Shown here: in pieces, positions 23,766 to 34,830 of the stretch
How the letters are laid out: each line of letters begins with the position of its first letter
How positions within the stretch are numbered: position 1 is the stretch's first letter
DNA from: Cirrosporium novae-zelandiae
Lineage: Eukaryota
Length of the DNA: 64,000 bases
Direction: 5' to 3'
Assembly: GCA_026023565.1 (NCBI GenBank)
Contig: JAPETS010000001.1
Location: 1,364,001 to 1,428,000, forward strand
Notes under the pieces: generated by a model
Databases searched by the model: none
The model's input: only the letters and a program-made list of their open reading frames with translations
Told to the model about the DNA's origin: nothing
Translations under genes and position numbers: made by a program

Positions 23766-25061
23766 CTAAAGATAATTCCTAGGGTCCAAGCTTCCGATAC
23801 TAGCGCTCTTGGCTTTCCCCTCAAATACAAATTCTGATATCAATTTCCCCGTGCCGGGTGCGTTTTGAATACCCCAACATGTATGGCCTGTGGCCATCAA
23901 AAGACCGTTCACACCAGTCTGTCCGATCAACGGACCTCCACGCCCGGAGCTTACGTTCGGGAGATAGCATGCTTGTCTACTAGTAACTTCGCCATCTCGA
24001 AGTTCGTCTGAGATACTCCCAACATAATCGACGATATCTTGACAACGGGACTCTTCCATTTTCACAAGATCAGATGACTTGGGTAGCGGAACATTGCCAT
24101 CTCCTTCGCCACAAGCATAAACTTCATTGTTTGGACGGGCATATATTTCAGGCGAGACTTCGACGGCAGAATTACTTGAATATCCAGTGTGATTAAATCC
24201 TGGTGGGAGTTTGATCTCTGTGAAAATGGCATAGGCAGACACGGGACGGGACGGGCGAATAGTAACGCTATGAGCTCGGAGCGCTGATATAGGAGCAGGA
24301 GGGAATACGCTGCGGGTCCAAGGCCCAGCGGCGAGAATAACATCAGTTGCTGGGATAGTTTTAGGAGCAGAAGTCTCTTTGTCGGTGTAGGTAACAGATT
24401 TAACGAGGCCATATTCTTGGTCAATCTTTGTGACGGAGCCGATAATTATTTCGACACCCCTTTCCTTGGCAAGCTCAGCCATGGAGTTGGTAAACTGGTA
24501 TGGATGTACTTGGGCGGTCGTGTCAGGGTCTCCCATCTCTTGATAGTACAGAGCAGACTCAGCAGCAACCCAGTCAAGATCTTTTGGTATACCAGCAGCA
24601 CGTAACTTTCCTATGGCATCCTTATCCCGCTTTTGCAATGATATGGAACCTTTTGTACTCTCTGAACTACTTTCCAGAACGTGTATTTTTCGTCCTTTCG
24701 CTCCTAGCTGACCACAGTGTACTCGTCGATAACCCCATCTATTTGCACCATCATGTTCTTTGGCAAGCTCAGCATGAAGTCGGTAGCTGAGTGGTACAAT
24801 ATTGCTTGGGTAAGCCCAAAGTGCAAGAAGGCCTCCAGCTTTGCCGGAAGCAGCGCTGGCGATACCAGTAGCCTCGAGGATAGTGATTTTATGAAGAGAA
24901 GAATCATATGCAGGGTGACGGGTTAAATAATATGCAGAGCTACACCCAATAATACCGCCTCCTGAATTAGTTAGATGAAGTTTGGTTAATACCATGAGCC
25001 TTGGATAGGTGCGCATACCAATAATAACAATATCTTTCTCCTTGTTCGCCACCGCCGCCAT
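23766..25061 (-). CDS. TDA3: FAD-dependent oxidoreductase, DAO family (Tda3/Btn3-like)
   Basis: After removing the 57-nt intron 24962-25018 the start reads MAAVANKEKDIVIIGGGIIG. Other motifs: ASGKAGGLLA, TTAQVHP and ATGHTCWGIQNAPGTG. Confidence 0.85.
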   Translation of the reverse strand: MAAVANKEKDIVIIGMRTYPRLMVLTKLHLTNSGGGIIGCSSAYYLTRHPAYDSSLHKITILEATGIASAASGKAGGLLALWAYPSNIVPLSYRLHAELAKEHDGANRWGYRRVHCGQLGAKGRKIHVLESSSESTKGSISLQKRDKDAIGKLRAAGIPKDLDWVAAESALYYQEMGDPDTTAQVHPYQFTNSMAELAKERGVEIIIGSVTKIDQEYGLVKSVTYTDKETSAPKTIPATDVILAAGPWTRSVFPPAPISALRAHSVTIRPSRPVSAYAIFTEIKLPPGFNHTGYSSNSAVEVSPEIYARPNNEVYACGEGDGNVPLPKSSDLVKMEESRCQDIVDYVGSISDELRDGEVTSRQACYLPNVSSGRGGPLIGQTGVNGLLMATGHTCWGIQNAPGTGKLISEFVFEGKAKSASIGSLDPRNYL

Positions 25062-25870
25062 GTTGGAGATTCTACTCAATGTTAGAGGTTGGCGAAGAGG
25101 AAAAATATCAGCGACGGCAAGCATATATAATAATAAAAATGACGGGACAGTTGGTTGATATAATGCTCGCAGAGATGGATGGTTGGACAAGAGGAAACTC
25201 GGTCGTCTTTCGTCGCGCGGTTTAATGGTGGGGCAAGAGACCTATCACTACCAGAAGGGTAAAAAATTTAGATGTCACCTTATCCGATATTGAACCCGAA
25301 GAGAGTGTATCCTAATAGATAAATGGTAGTTTTAATAACTTGATCCATTTTCCTTATTCAACGACAAGGTGGTGAGGTCATGACCACCAGAAGAATACTT
25401 TCAATGGGTAGAAATGAAAGCGGCCAAGTTTGAACTCCAACACGCCCAAGGAGAACCAAAAAATGACCTCGGAAAGCCCTCAAACAAAGTCAGGGTTGAA
25501 TGGAAACCCGACTTTTACTTTCGGGCGTTTGGAAAGGCCTTCAAGTAAAAATCCCAGCCATTAGAAATTTTATACGTAAATGATCTCCACAAAGTATCAA
25601 GGCTGTCAGGCACGCATAGCTATCAAGCCATGCAAACCTCGCAAACCCAATAATTATGTCCCGTAGATGACCAAAGAGGGAGGGCCTAAAAACGGGAAGA
25701 TGTGCCATTTGTTTCCGCTTCCAGTAAACAACCATACAGTCCGAGTCCGAATGTACCACAATACCCGCAAGACGTTCTCGGGCGTTCGAACCTCCAACTC
25801 CAAACTCCGAAATCCCGCCAAATCCATTCGTAGTTTCCCCCACCCTAGTATACAACAAGGCCAAGCACCT

Positions 25871-26614
25871 TTACTCTCGTGTCGGACTTAGAGGTCGATT
25901 GAATCCTCCAACACGGTTCATGTACTGCCTGTACTGTGTCTTCTTCTCCTTCCGAATTCCATATACATTATTCCCGGGCACCTTCTTATTTTTGGTTGTG
26001 TTGAAAGCGGTAAAGCCCATCATCTTTCGCATTGCAACCTCTTCATCGTTCGCATCCACCCCACCATCAACGTCCATTCTACTATCTGCGTCAGTGTCGT
26101 TCGGGGTTGATGAGGGTTTCGACTGCAACAGTGGACGCGGAGCTCGGAAGTCTTTTGAATCTTTAGATATTGCACGTTCTCGGTGTCTGTCAACTCGAGG
26201 ACCACGAGGCGGTAGCGATCTATCTTGGACTGGCGAGCGAGACCGGTCGTGATATTTTCCCGTCCTTGGAGCGATTTCATCTAATAAGGGTCATGATAAT
26301 TAGCTATATGTGTACCTAATCATTCTACTTGTAGAATCTTTACCTCTTCTAGAACGATGTTTATCGCGGCTTCGGCTCCTGACTCTCAAGTCTCTTCCGT
26401 CTCCTCGTCTCCTATCTCTGTCTTTATCTCTGTCTCTGACTCTGTCTCGATCATCATCCCTAGCTCTATGATCCCGAGACCTGCTCCTCTCGCGTCTGTG
26501 GTCACGCCTATCTCTAGACCGGTGTCGGCGGTCATCCTTATATCTAGGATCATCTCTCAAGCCTTTAAAATCGCGACGATCGGAAGGTTTGGAGGATCGG
26601 CCATTATCATCCAT
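25871..26614 (-). CDS. SNRNP27: U4/U6.U5 tri-snRNP 27 kDa protein (DUF1777)
   Basis: RS/RD-rich N-terminus. C-terminal [38 protein letters not shown]. One intron. Confidence 0.92.
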
Positions 26615-27318
26615 TGTAGTACCTGAATACTTTTCTTGCTTTGAACGTAGTTTAGTGAGCTCAGGTTCAATTTGCGACTGATTCGAGGTAGAGGAATTGA
26701 AGGAACTTGTGAAGGTAGATTGGTGGACTTTGTTATCCTCGGGAACTATTCGTTTAGAGATAGAACATTGACATGGCGAGAATTCATCTGTCAGGGGACT
26801 GCTTCAAAGCTCACTAAGAGAGCTTGTTAGCGTGGTGAAGGGAGGAGGAGGCGTGGTATATGTGAGTGTTTTTGGGCCTTGAACAAAATCCAGTCCAAAT
26901 GGGCAAGCCATGGTCCGTGCATAGTTTATGCTCTCTGTAATAACGGCCTTACCAAAATACCACCGTACATGAAACTAATTACCACCTTTAACCAGTTTTG
27001 ATCTATGACCATTGACCATACGTTATATGTGTAGTAATCCGAACGCTTTAAAGGATTATTGATCGCTTTTTCGCCTTGGGCACAACACCCAGGTTCGGCC
27101 ATCTAGCATAAATCGTACCTACCTTGCATGATATCAGACAGGTTTTATACGAGCTTTCAATATTCAAGCCTTGTGATTTCAGATAAAATCTACAGTATAG
27201 AGACACTGCATTTCTGCCGTAGTCTCAGTTGTTATCAACTGGCGCCACGATATTAACGGTTTTTATAGTATATTAATATCTCGTTGCTCACAAATTCCCC
27301 TACGTCACAACCAAAGAA

Positions 27319-28366
27319 ATGGTACCGTCAAGCCTGGCTCAGCGCAGGACTCACAACCTTCTTCTCTTCTCTAATCTTCTTGACCTACGTGATAATTCTT
27401 CCCCTTTTACATTGATCTTGGATTCTTTGGAGCAGTCTGGAAAGCCTCTGGTCGGGGAATTCTTTAGAAAAAACCCAACGACCAAAACCAGAGTTATCTT
27501 CATTTCGTATGAAACTTCACACAAACCTGAGAATGTGAACACATTTATTAAGGGCTGGGACAAGACTGCACCGCTGGTGCAGCATGAGGTGGCACAGGAA
27601 CTTCAGAAGGATCCGCAAAGTTAGTTACAGTCTTTCAAGCAAGCATTTTAATATCACTAACTAGCGAATAGAAAAATTCCTGGTTATTATTGATTCACTC
27701 TCAAATCTCGCCGCGGATCCAACTATGAATCTACCCGCCTTTCTTTCACTTTTCATAACCCCCAGTTCCTCTGTAATTGCGATATATCATCTGGATGTTC
27801 CCATCTATATCCTTGATTCAGCAAAATACGCCCCCCACCCTCTGACTTTGCTTAAATACTTTGCCACAACAATTTACACCGTTCACTCCTTCTCCCACGT
27901 CCTCGCTCGAAGAGAAGCAGCAGATAAGAGCCTTCCCGAACCAGCCTTTGGTCTCGCAGAGGAAATTGAAGGTGTTATCAAGGGATTAGGCAGCGACGAC
28001 AAAAGAGGGGTTGTAGTCGAAATGGAACATAGGAGAAAGAGTGGGAGGACCGTAGGAGAATGGTTCTTTCTTTCTTCAAGTACGGCATCGGCTGCCTCTA
28101 AGGGACACCAAAGAAGAAGAACTATTCTTCTGGATGATCACCCGTTGTATAGACTCAAAGAAGAGGTCGGCGCAAGAGAATCTGCTGGCGAAGTGGTTGC
28201 AGAATCTACGTTTAGCCTAGGTCTAACGGAAAAACAGAGACAGGATAGGGAAAACGTCATTTTACCTTATTTCGACGCGCAAAAAGGAGAAGGGGGTATC
28301 GGAGGACGTATTCTTTATGACATGGGCGAAGAAGATGATTTCGATGATGAAGAAGACGAGATATAG
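27319..28366 (+). CDS. ELP5: Elongator complex subunit 5 (Iki1)
   Basis: SPFTLILDSLEQ, MEHRRKSGR, STFSLGLTEKQRQDRENVILPYFDAQ and ILYDMGEEDDFDDEED. One intron near 27621-27671. Confidence 0.9.
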
Positions 28367-29125
28367 GATATTTGAATACTTCTAACCATTTTTTTTTACA
28401 ATGGAATGAACGATAAACCTTGTCTATTTTTGACTTTCTTCCTCGTGTCGACGGTCGAGCAATGCCTTTATGACTATAAAAAGCCTTTTCAACATCATAT
28501 CTCTATGCCAGGTACGGTTTCAACCCTTATCAGAAAATATATGAGGATATCCAGGTCTGATGATCAACATATGCATAAGGACAACCCAAAATTCACTTCA
28601 TTTGAATTCACTCATACCAAACCCACTCAACTTTAACGCTCCCAAAATAGATTGAAACCAATTTTAATTTTTATGCCCGGAAACCCCTTATGAACGCCAT
28701 CAATATGTCCAATGGTCTTTAGCTTTCTTGACTCGGAATAGTGAAAAAAAGAAAATGACTGTCCTTGGAGAGAGTTAGCATATCACCTATAGCCAAAGGT
28801 GGACCCAGAAAGGGATGGTATATTCGTTTCTCAAATAATTAGTGTCTAGCTTCAAGCAAAGCAATAATTTTTCCATTTTATTGGAAGGCCTCCCCAACAT
28901 CATTTAATAAATGAAAAGCTCTGCCGGTTTTGAAATCTGTATGTACTGTACCATCCCTTTTCGGTCCCACCCTTAGCCTCTCATGAGATAGATAGCGAAC
29001 ATAAGAATGATGTCAAAGCGATGGGACATTCATTCCCCATAATATTGAAATTCAGGGGCTCATTATGAAGGAAGGCCTCCCTAACATCATTAGCAAATAG
29101 CAAATCCTGTTCTTCATCTCAGCAA

Positions 29126-30967
29126 TCATAAATGACCATTTTCATCTCTTCCCTCCTCCCATTCAAATTCGTCCTCGATTTCGTCGCTATCCCACTCGTC
29201 TTCTTCGTCGTTTATCGCTAGCTGCAGAAATCGCTGGATACCATGCCTTCGTAACTGTCCGTTTTCAGCATTATCAATACCTCTATCAGCTCGTCTGGGT
29301 GGCCGGAAGAAGTTCCGTTCTAGAACCCTTGGGTGGCCCACAGGTTGTCCACGGTCTTGGTTTGGCGGATTATTGGCATTTGGGCCCTGGGGAGGGTTTG
29401 GTGCAGGGGGAGGCGGACGGGGTGGTTCATCATCCTCAGAGTCTGGATCGGATTCAGAAGCAGCGACGAAATCATCGCCGTCATCTGAATCGATAAGTTC
29501 GGCCGGGATATCCTCTTGTCCGCCGGCAAAACCCAAGTCTATTGCTTCGCCTCCATCGCCGCCCTCTAATTCCCAGAGGCGCATATAACAGGGGCACTTA
29601 GGGTCGTTGAAGTGCTGGTAGGGGTTTCCGGGGTCAAGCCATGCAGAACAAAGGTAGCAAAAGTGGGTGTTGCAGCGGAAGCAGATCATGTGATTGCAAC
29701 CGTGGGTTTTCTGCGAAGGAGCATTGCAGGTTGGGCAAGGCGAGGTGTGGAGCTTCATATATTCTTCGGAGGCTTTTTCTTCCTCCGTAAGTTCAGCTCG
29801 TCTTTCGAAGGGTATACATTTTCCAAATTGGCCATGCCAGCCATTTTTACAGACACAGCAGAAGGCATAACCACAGTCTTCGCAGATACATAGAGGATCG
29901 AACTCTTCGTCCTTTTTGGAGGGGGGCTCCTGGGGATCTTGTTCGATTGATTCTGAGTCCGAGAAATCATCATCAACGTGTTGAGGGTGCTTCTTTGCTC
30001 GAGCAGGGCCTTGGCACCATTGACGGGGACAGTAGATAGTAGAAGGATCAGATTCAAGCTTCTTCTTGCGCCTTAGCTTGACGTAGCGTTGAACTACGTC
30101 TGGCTGTAATGATATTTGTAATAATTCGCTTGGGCTGAGAGGATGGTTGCGATGCCTTTTCTTTTCTGGAATTTCTGTTTCAACCTGCTTTCCGCAGTCT
30201 GGAGCAAGACATTTGACATTATCAATTTCTCCACCTTGGATGCAATTATTGTAATAATCCCGAAGACATTCCATACAGAATACATGTCCGCATTGTTGGA
30301 GTTTATAGCAGAGATTTCCTTTTTTCGGTTCAAGACACACGCCGCATTCAAACGTCCCCTTCTCAAAAATGGCTCTCTTAGCTTTTATATCAAAGTCCAA
30401 AAGAGCAATCTTCAATGCCTGTGGGAGGCTGAACGGCGTTCCAGAACCACTAAAACCAAAAACTTCGTCTCCTGCTGTACGAAGGTCGTCTATGTAGTCA
30501 TACACAATTTGGTCCCTGCCAATGATTTCCCATTGATCCTTTCCCTTTATCTCTAACTTGTGTAGAGTTCCTCTCGGGAGCCAGTGGTATTGTGTGGAGA
30601 GGCGGAAAGAAGGTGGGTGGTGGGTCGGATATCCTTCCGGAAGTCGTATATCTAGATTCAGCGGCGGGAGATGTTCGAGGTAATGAACGTCGACAGTATC
30701 CGGTTGTGTAGATACCTTTGGGTCGTGTGTGGTGTCAGCGTCACTGTTGGCAGACTCTGGAGGGGTGGGAGGCAAAATGGGAGGAGCCCCATCACTCATG
30801 GGTTTAAACGAAATTGGTAAGGGCGAAACAGGAGAGATTGGAATTTCAAGGGTGGCATGGAATGGGTCTAAAGGATCGATGGCTAGCTCATCGTAAATAG
30901 CTTTGATCGCAGAAAGCTCTTGATAACGCTCATCAACTATCAAAGCCTCGTCAACCTCGTCGTCCAT
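29126..30967 (-). CDS. ITT1: RWD-domain RBR E3 ubiquitin ligase (Itt1/RNF14-like)
   Basis: RWD domain (HLPPL..LPEGYP), RING1 (CGVC..CGHVFC..C), IBR (YCPRQWC..CEDC..FC..C..WHG) and RING2 (CPTC..KTHGCNHMIC..CNTHFCYLC). Confidence 0.88.
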   Translation of the reverse strand: MDDEVDEALIVDERYQELSAIKAIYDELAIDPLDPFHATLEIPISPVSPLPISFKPMSDGAPPILPPTPPESANSDADTTHDPKVSTQPDTVDVHYLEHLPPLNLDIRLPEGYPTHHPPSFRLSTQYHWLPRGTLHKLEIKGKDQWEIIGRDQIVYDYIDDLRTAGDEVFGFSGSGTPFSLPQALKIALLDFDIKAKRAIFEKGTFECGVCLEPKKGNLCYKLQQCGHVFCMECLRDYYNNCIQGGEIDNVKCLAPDCGKQVETEIPEKKRHRNHPLSPSELLQISLQPDVVQRYVKLRRKKKLESDPSTIYCPRQWCQGPARAKKHPQHVDDDFSDSESIEQDPQEPPSKKDEEFDPLCICEDCGYAFCCVCKNGWHGQFGKCIPFERRAELTEEEKASEEYMKLHTSPCPTCNAPSQKTHGCNHMICFRCNTHFCYLCSAWLDPGNPYQHFNDPKCPCYMRLWELEGGDGGEAIDLGFAGGQEDIPAELIDSDDGDDFVAASESDPDSEDDEPPRPPPPAPNPPQGPNANNPPNQDRGQPVGHPRVLERNFFRPPRRADRGIDNAENGQLRRHGIQRFLQLAINDEEDEWDSDEIEDEFEWEEGRDENGHL

Positions 30968-31958
30968 GAGGAACAGTGGCGGGGTTTAATGTCAAGATAA
31001 ATGATTAGGAATGTTCCGACCACTGAATGATGCTAATGAGATGAGAAATAGGCAAAAGTAAGTTATATAGCAGCTCATGAAGATGGAATAGAAGCATAAA
31101 GAATAGCCAAAGAAGCCTTAAATCTTTTTTTTTTCAAATGGGTCTATATTTTACATTTCGTACTTGACATTGGAACAAATCTTCTTGAGGACCGAATGAA
31201 GTTGATCAAGGGCCTATGCACTTACCGAGCGGCTGCCCTCATTAATCCTAGAATTATTGTCGAGGACCCACCTTTTAACGGGGGTCCAAGCTGTCTATCA
31301 CAGTATATTTTAACCGGAAAATTCCGCGGATCTACTACTTTTATTCACCTCCTTAGTGTGAGGTCACGTGATTCCCAAACAACCAGCGTGTGGTTTCTGT
31401 TAAGGATCTCGGAAGATGCCGTGCCAAGACTAGATAGTATAACTAGAATATTTTGGATAAATTTAATAAAGAACCATACACAAAATCACAAGCGTGTATA
31501 AACCACCTAACCCTTGTCTATAACAATAATAATTCTAGGATTATTGACACGTGCAGAGTACTTACTGAGTAATTATTTAAGCCTTTTAAGTCATCACTTA
31601 ATTCGCTCTCACGTGGCTGGTCAACAAATGCTTAATTATATATAATACCTAGGTACTTACCTAGCACGTAGGCGCCTATACTTACTTACATGTATAAAGT
31701 AGTAGATTGTTAAATGTATATATAATTTCCTTTTTAATATTTATAGGAAATTTATACCAATGTCAAGTAGTAATGAATATTTATTATTAGACTGCAAAAG
31801 TACTATGTACTGTATGTATTATCAAAGTTCTAGACCCTTGCTAGCAGCCGTTAACTGCACCGTTAGCCATACCCTTCCTTGAGCCTTGGTCCTCCGTCTC
31901 AATCTATCGAGCCCTAACAATTTTTGTCTTGTTCTTTCCCGTACCGTCGTCTCCCAAG

Positions 31959-32784
31959 ATGGATGGTCAACCCCTCGCTTCTCTCTCCCTAACTCATGTC
32001 CACTATGTGTGTTTTCTCTTTTGAGTTGTAGATACCTGGCTAATGTTTAGATAGAATCCTAATGACCCAATATCCTACATTTGCGCCTGGCTTGCGCTGG
32101 TCCCTCAAGGCCTTTGCATTGTTTATGCAACGCTTATCTGGGCAAGTCGGGAAGTCGAGATTCTCTTGATGTTTGCTGGCCAACTGGGTTGCGAGGCACT
32201 GAACTTCATTTTAAAGAGGTGGATCAGGGAAGAACGACCGAAACGTATGAATTCATTCCAACCCATTTTCAGCGTTGGGGGACTTGCATAAAATAATACA
32301 ACGCTAACTCCAACATGGTCAAATAGAAATGTATGGCAAAGGCTATGGCATGCCCTCCTCACATTCCCAATTCGTTGTCTTCTTCTCCCTCTCCCTCGCC
32401 CTATTCCTTCTCTTCCGACATGCCCCTCACCCTAGTACTACCCATACACCTACAACATTACTTGAACGTCTTCTTCTGTCAATACTCGCCTTTATTGCCG
32501 CTGCTGCCGTCGCGGCCAGCCGCGTTTACTTAAATTATCACACTCCGAAACAAGTATTTGTAGGTGCTGTAGCGGGTGCAGTATCCGCAGGATTTTGGTT
32601 CATATTCACCACGTATCTACGACGAGCTGGGTGGATAGATTGGGGCTTGGATACGTATTGGGCAAGAATGCTCAGAATGAGAGATCTGGTCGTAAGCGAA
32701 GATTTGGCACATGCTGGATGGGAGAGATGGGAAACTCGACGACGGCGAAGGAGACCTGCTGACAGATCCGCAAAGGACCTTTAA
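31959..32784 (+). CDS. CAX4: Dolichyl pyrophosphate phosphatase (PAP2 family)
   Basis: MDGQPLASLSLTHVHY|NPND..KRWIREERP|..GKGYGMPSSHSQF..SRVYLNYHTPKQV. Two introns. Confidence 0.92.
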
Positions 32785-33406
32785 GCAGTGATTTTGGATA
32801 CGCCTATGTTCGCTGTTGCTTAGGTATTGATACATACTGCCGGCAAGGATAGATGACTATAGACAATATATGGGTACGAACCTACTCACTAAGGCTGGAG
32901 AGTAAAGAATGTGGCAGGACAAACAGAGTAGTTCATCATTTAGGCTCGACCGTTATCACCTATCCAGTAAATGCATTTAGAAGTTGGCTTGTGGCCGCGT
33001 CTGGCTACGCCATACAGAAAAATTTCCCAAAAGTTGGATCTATCGTAAGGTAGAGTTATATGTAGATTGTTCCTATTATTCAGATACTCATTCTATAGTC
33101 ATCTATAAGTCTAGTTATTAGCGTAACACAAATAGATTATTTTTCTGGGACCTCAAGTTCTCTCTCCGTGATCGAACTGGACAAATAGATATGATGTAAT
33201 TGATAGGCCATCGGGACTTGGAAGTGCCGTCGGCGCCTATTTAAGGTTGTGGAGAACTAAGCGCAAGACGCCGCAACCCTGATGGGCTAACCCTAATATA
33301 TCGATGCCTAGAGAGGACACTTCTTCCCTGTCTACAATTTACATGCTCTTCCACATGTTCCATTGATCTTGCTTAGGAACTTAGGATACAACTCTTAGCA
33401 GTGGCA

Positions 33407-34339
33407 ATGGTCAAATCTACGCAGATAGCTAGGCTCGATGGTATGGCAAGCATTCCTTACATGACAAGGACAAGCTAATATCAACTTAGGCCTTATGCTG
33501 GCTGCCTCGGTCGATGATGAACAGGTATGCAGATCGAACTGCTTGCCCAATGAGCTTAGGAACATTCCTACCGTCTGACATATTTTTTGTAAATTGCAGG
33601 CGGAAGCGCAGCTCGCTGAAGTAAAGGGCCAAGCGAAAATGATCTTCAGACGATTAAATCGCAACTCCGAACCCCAAGCCTCGATAGAAAGCGGGCAATA
33701 TACCCTCCAGTACGTGATTTTTGGCCTGTTTGTTTGTTTGTTATGTTCCGATCGGCGAGGAAAAAGAACGCCATTGATAATTGGATATCTCCTCTACAGC
33801 TACCTAACACGCGACCAAATCTGTTTCCTCTGCATCTGCGAACACTCCTACCCCCGAAAACTTGCTTTCACATACCTATCAGACCTGGCTACTGAATTCA
33901 CAACTACCTACTCTTCTGCCCAATACCTCTCTCCGACATTGCGCCCCTATGCCTTCGTTGAATTCGACACCTTCATCCAGCGCACAAAAAAAACATATCA
34001 GGACTCTAGAGCGAGCCAGAATCTAGACAAACTGAATGACGAGCTAAGAGATGTGACAAAAGTTATGACGAAGAATATCGAAGATTTACTATACCGGGGG
34101 GATAGTCTAGAGCGGATGGGAGAAATGAGTGGAAGATTAAGGGAAGACAGTCGCAAATACAAGAAAGCTGCTGTTAGGATAAATTGGGAGTTGCTGATAA
34201 AGCAGGTACGTTCTTCACTGGCAGCTAGAAACACATCGCTCAATCCATAGAGAGAGGGCTAATTGTTGCCTAATAGTATGGCCCCTTTGCAGCCTTGGGG
34301 TTCATCATTATCATATTCATATATTGGCGTTTCTTCTAA
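33407..34339 (+). CDS. SEC22: ER-Golgi R-SNARE Sec22
   Basis: MVKSTQIARLDG|LMLAASVDDEQ|..YPRKLAFTYL..RPYAFVEFD..VMTKNIEDLLYRGDSLE..|YGPFAALGFIIIIFIYWRFF*. Four introns. Confidence 0.95.
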
Positions 34340-34830
34340 GAAAGCTATCTAATCGTGGCCAGGGATGCACGAAGTGCTCCTTGTCCCCTTCAGCATCCTT
34401 CGCTAATAAATAAGCCTCCGATGGACCAAGAGTCAAGGGGCCGTCTTTACAATACCCGTTAGGACAAAGAACGAGCAAATATAGAAAGTTCTTAACATCT
34501 ACATCATACTCATTCAAGTTAACTATTGAGAAAATATTTCAGGCGGGTTTTCGACAAAAACTAGGGGCTAATCAAGTATTTGAAAGGGAATCAGCTAGAA
34601 AAAATCTAACCTTTGCTCCCAGTGAAGAAGTGAAGAATTGGACCGGAACCCAAGAAGGGTTAATAGGGATACATTTCTTCCATACGATTTTCATTCAAAC
34701 CCATAACACTTCAGTTAAGTTGCCATACTCTCTAATACCATCCTCAGCCTAGCTCCAATCTATTCTATCCACAATCTCCACACCTTGTACACATCCTTAG
34801 TTCGACCACCCCGAATAAAAATCTAAAAGG

